From Thermoanaerobaculia bacterium (GTDB lineage Bacteria > Acidobacteriota > Thermoanaerobaculia > Multivoradales > Multivoraceae), in contig OY761158.1 in the NCBI GenBank assembly GCA_963664405.1, positions 4,000,001 to 4,064,000 of the forward strand: a DNA stretch of 64,000 nucleotides, written 5' to 3'. The stretch's first letter is position 1. Every line of letters begins with the position of its first letter. Below the pieces are notes generated by a model. The model worked only from the letters and a program-made list of their open reading frames with translations. It ran no database searches and was not told the origin of the DNA. The translations under genes were made by a program, and so were the position numbers. Below, piece by piece: positions 1 through 9,408 of this stretch.

Positions 1-936
1 GAAGACATCGGCGACGTGGAGGAGCTCGCGGCCGCTCTCGACCACGAGCTCGAGGGCCGCGGGCATCGCCAGTGCCCCCTCGACCACGGTGCGGGAGGCG
101 CCGGTCTCGACGTCGATCTCGTAGACGCCGTTCGAAGCCATATTGGTGACGAAGAGGCGGTCGTCGTCAGTGATCGTCATGTTGTCGATCGAGGGCTCGA
201 CCCGCGCGACGACGGTCTTCGTCCCGCTCTCCGGGTCGACGCGGACGACCTCGCCGGTGCCGCTGTCGGCAACGAAGAGTCGGCCCCGGGAGTCGATGGC
301 TGCTGCTACCGGCCAGCGGAAGCCGGAGGCGACGACCTCGACCGCTTTGGAGTCGACGTCGACCCGCACCACCTCGCCGCGGAACCAGAGCGGGCCGTAG
401 AGCCGCCCGTCGTCGGCGAAGGCGAAGGCGTTCAGGCCACCGATGTCACGGAGGATCGGGCGGCTCCCTGTCCCGCCCTCGAGGTCGACTTCGTAGAGAC
501 CATCGCGGCCGAGGACCTCGGTCACGAATAGCCGCCCCGCGGCGTCGAAGCCAATGGCGTTGAGCCCCACGTGGCCTTCAGCGAGCACCTCCGGCGGCTG
601 GCCCGGGACTGCGGCCAGCACCTGGCCGGTCAGTAGGTGGGTCCAGTACAGGCGACCGTCGGGGCCGAACACGAGGTCCTCGGCACACCCCCAGGGAGGC
701 CCGATCGCCGTCTCCTCCGCCCCGGTGTCGGGGTCGACCAAGTGGATGGTCTGGCCGATGATTGACGCCACCCACAGGCCGTCGTCGGAGCTGGTGAGCC
801 CGTGCACGCCGTGGAAGGGGCTCCCCGGCACGACGACCTCGAGCCGGTATTCCTCGGCGACGCCGGGCTCCGACCCGCGGTCGCAGGCGGAAGCGAGCAC
901 GAGACCGAGGAGGATCACTGGTAATGGAGCGCGCAC
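1..936 (-). CDS. Beta-propeller lipoprotein (SMP-30/gluconolactonase/NHL-like), runs off the window start
   Basis: Not in the ORF track. Manual translation from GTG at 936 gives MRAPLPVILLGLVLASAC (lipobox-like) followed by repeated blades such as EDLVFGPDGRLYWT, NAIGFDAAGRLFVT, AIDSRGRLFVAD and DNMTITDDDRLFVT. Open to position 1. Confidence 0.8.
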   Translation of the reverse strand, partial: MRAPLPVILLGLVLASACDRGSEPGVAEEYRLEVVVPGSPFHGVHGLTSSDDGLWVASIIGQTIHLVDPDTGAEETAIGPPWGCAEDLVFGPDGRLYWTHLLTGQVLAAVPGQPPEVLAEGHVGLNAIGFDAAGRLFVTEVLGRDGLYEVDLEGGTGSRPILRDIGGLNAFAFADDGRLYGPLWFRGEVVRVDVDSKAVEVVASGFRWPVAAAIDSRGRLFVADSGTGEVVRVDPESGTKTVVARVEPSIDNMTITDDDRLFVTNMASNGVYEIDVETGASRTVVEGALAMPAALELVVESGRELLHVADVF

Positions 937-984
937 CGTGCGATGTTACAGCGCACCATCCATCCGGTCCTCAAAGGCATGCCG

Positions 985-1045
985 ATCTGTGACATGGAGC
1001 GCGTCGAGGTCCTGCGCGGTCCGCAGGGATCGCTCTTCGGCCGGC
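985..1045 (+). pseudogene. Fragment of a TonB-dependent receptor plug domain
   Basis: Translates DMERVEVLRGPQGSLFGR, matching the plug motif DIERVEVLRGPQGTLFGRN. No barrel domain follows. Confidence 0.6.
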
Positions 1046-1374
1046 GGCCTTTGGCCTCAGAAGGTGCCCGAAACTTCGTGGCACCTGGCTCGCAGAGAGC
1101 GAGCGGGCGTGGGGCGTCGCCTCCCCCCAAATATTCGGCTGGGACCCAAGCAGCGAAGGCTGCGGGGGCGAAAACTATCATGGGGCAATGGGATGAGGAT
1201 CGGCTTGCGACTTCACCTCGTCCAGAACTGGTTCGAAGTCGGGAGAGGGGTCCGACCTGTCCCGAGATCTGGATCCGCACTCTTGTTGTGGTTCAATGCG
1301 TTACGCTCTGTCCTCGTGCGGACAATCAGCATGAAGGACGTAGAGAACCAAGTGAACTTGAAGGGAGACCCACG

Positions 1375-1788
1375 ATGAGCATGACCGAGACCGCCCGCGA
1401 ATTCTTCGAAGCCTGTGAGACCGGCCGCGGCTGGGCTGGATGCGCCCAGTACTGCCATGACGGCGCTACCTTCTCCTGCCAGGCCGACGCTCTGGCCGAG
1501 ATCGGAACGTTGGAGGGCTACTCCGACTGGATGCGGGATCTACTGACCCCGATCCCGGACGGCCACTACGAACTGAAATCGTTCTCGACGGATGAAGGGC
1601 GCGCTGTCGTCACCGCCTTCGCCGTTTTCAAGGGCGCGCAGACCGGCCCCGGCCCCGTGGAGCCGCCGACCGGCAAGTCGATCGCCGCCGACTATGTCTA
1701 CGCGATGGAGTTCGACGGCGACCGGATCCGGCATATGACGAAGATCTGGAACGACGTCCAGTCGCTCAGGGAGCTTGGCTGGGCCTGA
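1375..1788 (+). CDS. SnoaL-like / ester cyclase (NTF2 fold) protein
   Basis: ATG at 1375 after AAGGGAG. MSMTETAREFFEACETGRGW...PTGKSIAADYVYAMEFDGDRIRHMTKIWND is typical of the SnoaL-like fold. Confidence 0.8.
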   Translation: MSMTETAREFFEACETGRGWAGCAQYCHDGATFSCQADALAEIGTLEGYSDWMRDLLTPIPDGHYELKSFSTDEGRAVVTAFAVFKGAQTGPGPVEPPTGKSIAADYVYAMEFDGDRIRHMTKIWNDVQSLRELGWA

Positions 1789-1894
1789 GGGACGCGGGTC
1801 TGAGGGCGCCCCTGGCGGAGAAGTGCGGGTGGCGCGCGCCGGGGATCAACTGGGTCTGGAGGTCCCAGAGCGAAGCGGCCCCCAGCGGGAGCGT

Positions 1895-2275
1895 TTACGG
1901 TGCGGAAATGGGTGTCTCTGTCGGAAGCTCGCCGTTCGAGTGATCCTGGAGATGCTGGCGGAGTAGGGCTTCGCCTTGTTGGAAGAAGTCTGTGAACTCG
2001 GCCCCGACCTCCTGCAGTCCTCCTTCGATGAGCTCGACGTGAATCACTCTCGCCGTGGCGAGAATGAGCTCTTCGCCAACTGCGATGTCGAGCTCGACAA
2101 GGTCGCCTTCCTCTACCTCTGTGCTGACCTGAAGTCGGACACCCGACTCGCTTAGATCGAGCGTCTTGCCGACACAAACAGGCGTACTCACCTGTCCCCG
2201 CCTTCGGCCGGAGTAGGCGGCCAGCTCGACACAGAGGACGCGGGCTTGGCGGCGACGATCTGTTTCAAGTTCCAT
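1895..2275 (-). CDS. PilZ domain protein (c-di-GMP binding)
   Basis: RRRQAR (RxxxR) and DLSESG (DxSxxG) motifs. GGAG RBS before ATG at 2275. Confidence 0.8.
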   Translation of the reverse strand: MELETDRRRQARVLCVELAAYSGRRRGQVSTPVCVGKTLDLSESGVRLQVSTEVEEGDLVELDIAVGEELILATARVIHVELIEGGLQEVGAEFTDFFQQGEALLRQHLQDHSNGELPTETPISAP

Positions 2276-2477
2276 TCTGTTCTCCCCATATAAAGGCATA
2301 GCTGCCCATCGGAAATGCCAAGCTTGCCCGCTCCCTCGGGAAGATGGGCAAGCGTCCGGCAAGGTAACGAGACCTTCGGACGGCGGCTAAAGTCACTAGA
2401 GGCACTACTGCGATGGTTAGATGTACCAGCTCACCATCAGGGAAACGTCAGGACTCTGTAGAATCGCCCCGATTCTC

Positions 2478-3230
2478 ATGGGCCTGACTACCGGCACCCG
2501 CCTCGCTTCGTACGAGATTCTCTCGTTGCTCGGAAAGGGCGGCATGGGTGAGGTCTATCGTGCGCGGGATACGAAGCTGGGGCGGGAGGTGGCGATCAAG
2601 CTGCTTCTCGAGGAGGTCTCCAACGATCCGGATCGGCTCGCCCGCTTCGAGCGTGAGGCCCGAGCTCTCGCCTCTCTGAACCACCCCAACGTCGCGACCC
2701 TGTATGGCCTGGAGACGGAGGGGGACACCAGCTTTCTGGTCATGGAAATGATCGAGGGCGAGACGCTGGCGGATCGAATCGAGCGCGGGCCCATCCCGAT
2801 CGAGGAGGCGATCCGGCTCTTCCGCGAGATCGCGGAGGGCCTCGAGGCGGCACACGAGAAGGGCGTCGTCCATCGAGATCTGAAGCCGGCGAATATCAAG
2901 GTGGGCGGCGATGGCGCGACCTTGAGCGGTGGCTCACGCGTAAAGATCCTCGATTTCGGCTTGGCCAAGGCGATGGCGCCGGACGGCGAATCGGGCCATT
3001 CGTCGATGTCGGAGTCACCCACGATGACGATGGCCGCGACCCAGCGGGGCGAGATTCTCGGCACCGCGGCCTATATGAGCCCAGAGCAAGCTCGGGGCAA
3101 GACGATCGACAAGCGGGCGGACGTTTGGTCGTTTGGTGTCTGCCTCTATGAAGCACTCAGCGGTGAGCGCCCCTTAGCGCGTCGCATCGGCAATCCAGTT
3201 CTCGATGGCGGAACGGTTGGCATGCTCTAG
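2478..3230 (+). pseudogene. Hanks-type Ser/Thr protein kinase, C-terminally truncated
   Basis: GKGGMGEVY, VAIK, HRDLKPAN, DFG, GTAAYMSPE and DVWSFG are present. Similarity stops after YEALSGERP, so subdomains X-XI and any sensor domain are missing. Confidence 0.75.
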
Positions 3231-3329
3231 GGGGTGAATCGAGTGGATCAGGACCACGGCCAGGATCGCCACGCCCTTGAGCGCGTCGACTTCGCCGAAG
3301 CGCGAGACCGCTCTAGAGCGCTCGCCCAT
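3174..3329 (-). pseudogene. N-terminal fragment of an acyltransferase family 3 protein
   Basis: MGERSRAVSRFGEVDALKGVAILAVVLIHS matches the Acyl_transf_3 N-terminal motif (R..xDxLKGxAILxVVxxH). Stops after 51 aa at the kinase breakpoint. Confidence 0.6.
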
Positions 3330-3335
3330 GCCGTC

Positions 3336-3490
3336 GCGCAGCGATTCGTCGAAGGGACGGAACTCGACACCGGTCCCCGCCGGCAGCGAATCCAGCGCTT
3401 CCGGTGACGACGACGGGACCCGGCCTCAGGTATCGGAGCCATATCAGTCTCCTCTGTGTCTCACTTGCCGTGAGGTGAGCGTGGGTTGAA
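3336..3490 (-). pseudogene. Internally deleted, frameshifted paralog of the adjacent epimerase gene
   Basis: Upstream region and MAPIPE...VVVTGSAGF resemble 4700-4790, joined directly to TGVEFRPFDESLRD, which resembles 3745-3780. Confidence 0.7.
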
Positions 3491-3666
3491 GGCGGAACAC
3501 TACACCCGCCAGGTGCGAATGTCCTAAGAGCTGCGTTCGGAGGTCGACAAGTTGGCGACGGGACTGTAGCCTGCCTCGACGTGACGCCCGTGCTCGTTTT
3601 CAGAGATGTCGGGAAACCGGATTCGGAGCTACGAGACCCCCCTCGCACCTCGGCCAGGCGCTCGAG

Positions 3667-4740
3667 TCAGCTCCTCGACTGAAAGCCAGGTCTGAGCTTG
3701 GGCTTCACCCCGGCAACGGAAAGAAGGGACTCGACGCAGTCCCGTAACGAGTCGTCGAAGGGGCGGAACTCGACACCGGTGGCGATGCGCATGCGGTCGT
3801 TGCGCAGTTCGCAGCCCGCCCATATGCCGCGGAGCTCTTGCTCACGAGCTTGGACTCTCTCCGGGAAGGGGTTCACCACCTCGGGAGTGTCGTGACCCAG
3901 CTCAGGCAGCAGGCGGTCGATGCCGGCGCAGATCTCTTCGACGTTGACTGTGTCGGTGGAGAACGCGATGTAACGCTCGCCGTTCTTGACTTCGACGCTT
4001 TCGAGCAATCGGATGTGACACTCGGCGTCGTCGCGGACATCCACCGGCATCCAAGGTCGATAGGCGCGAGATTGCTCGCACTCGCCCAGCAGCATGAGCT
4101 CGATGAGGTGCTGCCACGGCCCCTTGTCTTTCTGATGGGCGGAGAGGATGGGGCCGACGTTGTCACCCGGGCAGCAAGTGACGGCATCCCACATGCCGTT
4201 GCGCTCCGCTGCATCGGAGAAAGCGCGCTCGGCATAGACCTTGCCGATCGAGTAGCCGACCTTGGCGGCGACGCGCTTGGGGTTGTGCTCGTCAGGGTAG
4301 CGATCTTCGTAGAGGACCGGGCGTTTGACGAACTCCTGCATGTCCATCTCATCCATGACCGCCGCGATGCTGGAGGTGACAATGACCCGATTGACTGTGC
4401 CCGACTGATTGACACTCTCGATAATGTGATCACAGACCCTCTTGACGTAGTCGGGGTCGTGATAGTCGCTGATATGAGAGACATGGCTCACGCCGTGGCA
4501 TCCGCGGAAGATCTCGTCGAAGCACCCCGCCTGGTCGAGGTCGGCGGAGTGGAGGGTCAGGCGGCCGGATGCATAGCCTGGCATCTCCTTGAGAAAGGTC
4601 GTTTTCGCCGTGTCCTCGGCATCGCGAACGCAGGCCCTCACTCGGTAGCCCTCGTCGAGCAGCAGCTTGACCACCCACCCGCCAATGAATCCCGCGCTTC
4701 CGGTTACCGCGACAGTGCCGCCCTCTGGTATCGGAGCCAT
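3667..4740 (-). CDS. NAD-dependent epimerase/dehydratase (extended SDR, aldehyde reductase/DFR-like)
   Basis: VTGSAGFIG Rossmann motif, TSSIAA, YSIGK (YxxxK) and VDVRD. Confidence 0.88.
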   Translation of the reverse strand: MAPIPEGGTVAVTGSAGFIGGWVVKLLLDEGYRVRACVRDAEDTAKTTFLKEMPGYASGRLTLHSADLDQAGCFDEIFRGCHGVSHVSHISDYHDPDYVKRVCDHIIESVNQSGTVNRVIVTSSIAAVMDEMDMQEFVKRPVLYEDRYPDEHNPKRVAAKVGYSIGKVYAERAFSDAAERNGMWDAVTCCPGDNVGPILSAHQKDKGPWQHLIELMLLGECEQSRAYRPWMPVDVRDDAECHIRLLESVEVKNGERYIAFSTDTVNVEEICAGIDRLLPELGHDTPEVVNPFPERVQAREQELRGIWAGCELRNDRMRIATGVEFRPFDDSLRDCVESLLSVAGVKPKLRPGFQSRS

Positions 4741-4879
4741 GTCTGTCTCCTCTCTCTCGCTCACGAGCACCGTGAGCTTGGGTGATGAAGGGAAACCCTA
4801 CAACGATGAAGTGCGAATGCCCAGGGGAAGAAACCATCGCCCTCTCGGGAGGAGCCGATCGCCTTCTCGGGAAGGTGAT

Positions 4880-6106
4880 CTAGCCCCCGGAGGGGACGCC
4901 GCAGGGACTCGCCCAGTTTGCCAGCGGAAGAACGGAGCAGGTGGCGCCGGGAGCGAGCTCTTCCGAGCCTGCCGGTACGCGCACCAAGGCGGTCCCACGG
5001 GCGTAGGCGGCGAGATCGTGGGAGCCGAGAGGAGGCGCCGGCTCGACGAGGATCTCGCCTTCTTCGAAGCGCACCCGCGCCGGCAAGAAGCGATCGCGTC
5101 CGCGGGCCCCGGGCAGTGGCGCCTCGAGTCGCCCGGTGAGGGCTCCGTACCAGTAGGAATCTTGCAATCCCATCAGGCGGCGAAGGGCGGGGCGCACCAA
5201 GATCCAGAAGGCGACCATGGCTGAGGCCGGGTTACCGGGTAGGCCGAAGACCAGACCACCGGGTCGCACCGCTACCACCACCGGTTTGCCTGGCTGGATC
5301 GACACGCCGGCGAAGAGGATCTTGCATCCGAGCTTCTCGAGCACACCGGGGACAAAGTCGAACTCACCCATAGAAACGCCGCCGGAGAGGATGAGGACGT
5401 CGCGCTTCATACCCTCTCGGGCTAGCTCCTCGAGAGCCGTAGGCTCATCGGGGGAGATTCCCAGAGAGCAGGCCTGGATGCCCGTAGTAGCGGTTGCGGC
5501 GAGTAGAAAATCGGTGTGCGAGTCGCGCAGTTGACCGGGCTTCGGTGTCTGATCGGGTGAGATGACCTCGTCGCCCGTGCTCAGGACTGCGATCGATGGG
5601 GTCTTGAAAACGGGTACTTCGGTGTAACCATGGGTGGCGAGAAGGCCGAGCGCTCCCGGAGTGAGCAGTGAAGAAGTGTCGAGCATGGTGGCCCCTCGGT
5701 GGAGAATCTCGCCCCTTTTTCGAATGTGCGCGTTGGGCTCAGGTGGCCCCGAGATCGTCACTTCCTCGGCGCCGCCGTTCGTGTCCTCGATCGGCACGAC
5801 GCGGTCGGCGCCGACCGGAACGGGCGCCCCGGTCATGATCCGAAGAGCCCCGTCCGGCTCCAGAGTCGCCCCGGGAGGGTCGCCGGCGGCAACGGTTCCG
5901 GTGACACGGAGCTGAGCCCCGGGGGCGACGGTTGCGCCGAGAGCGTAACCGTCCATCGCGGAAACGTCGCTTGCGGGGACGTCGACTTTGGCCGGCAGTG
6001 CCTGCGAGAGGGTGCTGCCCAGCGCCTCGTTTCGTCGTCGGCTTTCTCTGCCCAGTGGGTTTGTGTGTGGCTGCAGCCGCTTCCAGGCTTCTTCTGGGGA
6101 AATCAT
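4880..6106 (-). CDS. moeA: Molybdopterin molybdotransferase MoeA
   Basis: SAMDGYA, RIMTGAPVP, STGDE, SGGVSMG and GLPGNPAS motifs. Confidence 0.93.
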   Translation of the reverse strand: MISPEEAWKRLQPHTNPLGRESRRRNEALGSTLSQALPAKVDVPASDVSAMDGYALGATVAPGAQLRVTGTVAAGDPPGATLEPDGALRIMTGAPVPVGADRVVPIEDTNGGAEEVTISGPPEPNAHIRKRGEILHRGATMLDTSSLLTPGALGLLATHGYTEVPVFKTPSIAVLSTGDEVISPDQTPKPGQLRDSHTDFLLAATATTGIQACSLGISPDEPTALEELAREGMKRDVLILSGGVSMGEFDFVPGVLEKLGCKILFAGVSIQPGKPVVVAVRPGGLVFGLPGNPASAMVAFWILVRPALRRLMGLQDSYWYGALTGRLEAPLPGARGRDRFLPARVRFEEGEILVEPAPPLGSHDLAAYARGTALVRVPAGSEELAPGATCSVLPLANWASPCGVPSGG

Positions 6107-6175
6107 GACCGGTTTAGGCTACGTCTTGGCACGCCGCGCAATGCTATACTTTTGCGCCGCAGAGGTTGGAGCAAA

Positions 6176-6517
6176 ATGCCACTATACGAGTATGCCTGCG
6201 GAGAATGTGGGGACCGGAGCGAGGCCCTGCAGCGTATGGACGATGCGCCTCTGACCACCTGCTCCAAGTGTGGCGGGCCGCTGAAGAAGCTCTTGTCCGC
6301 CCCGGCCTTTCAGTTCAAGGGCACGGGCTGGTATGTAACGGACTACGCCCGCAAAGGCGAAGGAGATGCCGACAAGACCTCCGGCAGCAGCGACGAGGGA
6401 GGCAGCAAGACCGCCTCAGATTCCTCCGAATCCAAGTCCGACAGCAAGCCGAAGAGCGACGGCGATAGCAAGTCGAAGAGCGACGCCGCATCGACGTCCA
6501 AAGAAAAGTCGGCCTAG
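6176..6517 (+). CDS. FmdB family zinc-ribbon protein
   Basis: MPLYEYACGECG...CSKCGG...FKGTGWYVTDY, followed by an S/D/K-rich tail. Confidence 0.9.
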   Translation: MPLYEYACGECGDRSEALQRMDDAPLTTCSKCGGPLKKLLSAPAFQFKGTGWYVTDYARKGEGDADKTSGSSDEGGSKTASDSSESKSDSKPKSDGDSKSKSDAASTSKEKSA

Positions 6518-6563
6518 GTCGTCGGACCCCGCAGCGCCTCGGGTCGGCCCTTCGGCCTAAGAG

Positions 6564-9392
6564 ATGAGCGTCCCGAACCTGTTGGTCCTCCTCGCCGTGA
6601 TGGCGTTGCTGCAGGTCTTCCTGTTGCTTCTCGCGGGCGGTCTAGGCCGTCGGCTGAACCGGACTCTCGTCATCACCGCCTTCGCCCTGCCTCTGCTCTA
6701 TCTGTCGCCTTGGATCGGGAGCAGCCGTCTCTTGGTACCGAGCGACGAGCTCTCCCGTACCGTTCCCGGCGCACCGCGGTTGGCGGCTCCGGATCCGCAT
6801 GGGGTCCTCAACGACACTCTGTACCAGCTGCTGCCGTGGGAGTTGGAGGTCAGGCACGCGCTGAGTCGGGGTCGCCTTCCTCTGTGGTCGGATAGTCTCG
6901 AGGGAGGCAGCTCGCCGTGGTTGAATCCTCAGAGCGGCGTGTTGTCGGTGGTGGCGGGTTTGAGCCGCCCGCTACCGATCCAACACCATCTGCTCGCCGG
7001 TCTGGTGCTCAAGATGATGGTGGCTCTCGAGGGTGCCTGGCTTCTGGTGCGCGCCCTGGGTGGGTCCAAGGCCGCTGCGTATCTCGCCGGTCTCGCCTTC
7101 TGCTTTGGCGGATCGGTCCAGGCTTGGGCCCTCTTCACACCGAGTACCGCGATTGCGTGGGTCCCCTGGATGACTCTCGCGGCCCTCGGCTTGCTCCGCC
7201 GACCGCGACGTCGGTCGGTGGCAGTGGGTGGCTGCCTGGTGGCGTGCACGGCCCTGGCCGGGCATCCCGAAGTCGCCTTCCTCGGCATTTTTTTCTCTGT
7301 TCTATGGGCCTGGCTCCTGACCGGGTGGCGTCGCGCGGGCCCGAGTGGGGTCCTTGCGATGGCCGCCGCGCTGGTTCTTGGAGGTGCCCTGGCGGCGCCG
7401 GCGCTCCTCCCCTTTCTACAGCGGATCCCCGAGGCGCAGAGAGTTGAAGAATTACGCCATTCTCGCCTGCCACTTGAAGCTATGGATTGGCACCCTCGGA
7501 CTTGGTTCCTACCCTCTTCCGTCGATTTTCTTCGGGCGCCGCTCGGCTCGCAGGTGTACGGGCGTCCGTATCGCGATGTGTTTCGAGGCCCCGGTAACTG
7601 GGCCGAGGCGGAGGCTGGTTATGTGGGGTTGGTGATGCTTCTCGGCGCCTTCCTCGCCTTGCTCCCGCGCGTTCGAAAGCGGACCCTCCCCTTTCTTCTC
7701 ACTTCCGCGGCGTCACTTCTCCTGGTTGCAGGCTTTCTTCCCCTGCGCACCCTTCTGGCGCTGCTTCCCGGCGGAGATCTGCTTGCTTATTCCCGACTGC
7801 TCCTCGTGCACGGGCTGGTGCTGGCGGTGGCGGGCGCTCTCGGCTTCGACGCGCTAGCTCGAGGTCGCCGCCAAGGTGCGGCCTTGGCCTTGTTCCTGCC
7901 GGTCGCGGCGCTCTCGGTGGCTTACGACGCCAGAGTCTGGCCGGTACTTCTTTGGGGAGTGCTCGGAATCGGTCTCGTTCTTGCGCGCCGACGTCGTCGG
8001 GCGGCCTTTGCGCTCATCGGCGCTGTTCTCTTGGCCGATCTGGTTCCCTGGGGGCTGCTTCTGTTGCCGGCCGGGGATACAGCCGCTTTCTATCCAGATA
8101 CGAGAGCGACGCGTATGTTGCAGCGGGAGGCGTCCGTTGGCGGACCCTGGCGATCGGTCGGTGAAGATCTCGCGGTCTACCCCTCCCTATTGACGGTGTA
8201 TGGCCTCGACGAAGTTCGCTCCCACAATCCTCTGGCCCCGCGTTCTTATCTCCGCGTCTTGCGGGAAGTCTTCGACTTCGAGCCTTCGCGTCGCTACTTC
8301 AGCACTTTCTCCAAGGTCGACCACCCGCTGCTGGACTTTCTCAATGTGCGTACGGTGACTTCGTACAGCACACGTACCGGCGCCCCCGGATGGCGACCCG
8401 AGCCGCAGACCCTGCAACGCTTCGACGCCGGCGAGTTCGGCACCTTTCGACTGTTTCGGAATCCCGATGCACTCCCCAGACTATTCGTGCCGGTTGGCGC
8501 CGAAGTGCTCAGCCGGTCGCAGCAGACGGAGTGGTTGGCGCAGCTCCGGGATCCTCGCCGCGTCGCCCTGTTCGCGGACGAGGTCGGTGACTGGAGACCG
8601 GCGGATCGACGCTGGTCTCCCGATGCAGTCGAGATTCTCGAGTGGCAGCCCGGACGAGCACGTTTCCGGGTCGCCGCCGGCGACGGCTCCCTGGTGGCGA
8701 CATCGCTGCCCGGACCGAAGGGCTGGCGAGCGGCGGCGGGTTCCCTCGATCTAGAGGCGGTCACGGTCAATGGTGCCTTTCTCGGAGTGCGGGTGCCCGC
8801 CGGGGTGGAAGAAGTAGAGATTCGCTACAGGCCGCCGGGCTGGGGACCCGGACTTATCCTCGGCATCACGGGCGTTATCGGCTTCGGTCTTTTGTTGGTG
8901 AGCGATCGCTCCCTGTGGCAGGGGCTTCGTTCCCGGCGCGCGCCACGCTTGAGCGCGATCCCGGTTCTAGTCGCGATCTTGCTGTGGCTCGCGCTCTCGC
9001 TCTTGCTCGAGACGCGGCGCAGCCTGCGCCCCTACCTGGTGCGAGGCCCCGGCTCGTTTCCTTACCAGGCGGCGGCTCGGTGGAGACTGGGCAGCCCGCC
9101 CTCCGAAGAGCTCCGACGCTTCTTGACGGCGGCGGGGCAGCGCATTCCACAAGGGAGTACCGTAGCTTTCGTAGCCGACTCGCCTCGGGGGAGCCAGGAA
9201 TCGTACCGCTGGATGTGGGCATCCTATTACTTGCCGCGGCACGAGATCGTGCCCGGCTCGTCGTCGGCCGACTCGGAATGGTGGATCGTCTACAAGACCG
9301 AGATCGAGCGCCCCGATCTGGAGCGGGTGTGGGTAGACGCCAATGGGTCTGTGCTTCGCGAACGAGTGGCGCCGGGCTCCTTCGGACCCTGA
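6564..9392 (+). CDS. YfhO-like (GT-C superfamily) polytopic membrane protein with C-terminal extension
   Basis: GRLPLW...GSSP, many TM segments, AGHPE, GWRA...VNGAFLGVRVPAG...RYRPP. Confidence 0.75.
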   Translation: MSVPNLLVLLAVMALLQVFLLLLAGGLGRRLNRTLVITAFALPLLYLSPWIGSSRLLVPSDELSRTVPGAPRLAAPDPHGVLNDTLYQLLPWELEVRHALSRGRLPLWSDSLEGGSSPWLNPQSGVLSVVAGLSRPLPIQHHLLAGLVLKMMVALEGAWLLVRALGGSKAAAYLAGLAFCFGGSVQAWALFTPSTAIAWVPWMTLAALGLLRRPRRRSVAVGGCLVACTALAGHPEVAFLGIFFSVLWAWLLTGWRRAGPSGVLAMAAALVLGGALAAPALLPFLQRIPEAQRVEELRHSRLPLEAMDWHPRTWFLPSSVDFLRAPLGSQVYGRPYRDVFRGPGNWAEAEAGYVGLVMLLGAFLALLPRVRKRTLPFLLTSAASLLLVAGFLPLRTLLALLPGGDLLAYSRLLLVHGLVLAVAGALGFDALARGRRQGAALALFLPVAALSVAYDARVWPVLLWGVLGIGLVLARRRRRAAFALIGAVLLADLVPWGLLLLPAGDTAAFYPDTRATRMLQREASVGGPWRSVGEDLAVYPSLLTVYGLDEVRSHNPLAPRSYLRVLREVFDFEPSRRYFSTFSKVDHPLLDFLNVRTVTSYSTRTGAPGWRPEPQTLQRFDAGEFGTFRLFRNPDALPRLFVPVGAEVLSRSQQTEWLAQLRDPRRVALFADEVGDWRPADRRWSPDAVEILEWQPGRARFRVAAGDGSLVATSLPGPKGWRAAAGSLDLEAVTVNGAFLGVRVPAGVEEVEIRYRPPGWGPGLILGITGVIGFGLLLVSDRSLWQGLRSRRAPRLSAIPVLVAILLWLALSLLLETRRSLRPYLVRGPGSFPYQAAARWRLGSPPSEELRRFLTAAGQRIPQGSTVAFVADSPRGSQESYRWMWASYYLPRHEIVPGSSSADSEWWIVYKTEIERPDLERVWVDANGSVLRERVAPGSFGP

Positions 9393-9408
9393 GTGGTATC
9401 CTTCGTTG

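Noticed and set aside
16-531. Plus-strand ORFs at the window start
   Set aside because: They are shadows of the minus-strand beta-propeller gene.
1193-1234. MRIGLRLHLVQNWF resembles an IS5 transposase motif
   Set aside because: Only 14 residues, with no other transposase motifs or terminal repeats; cannot be separated from chance.
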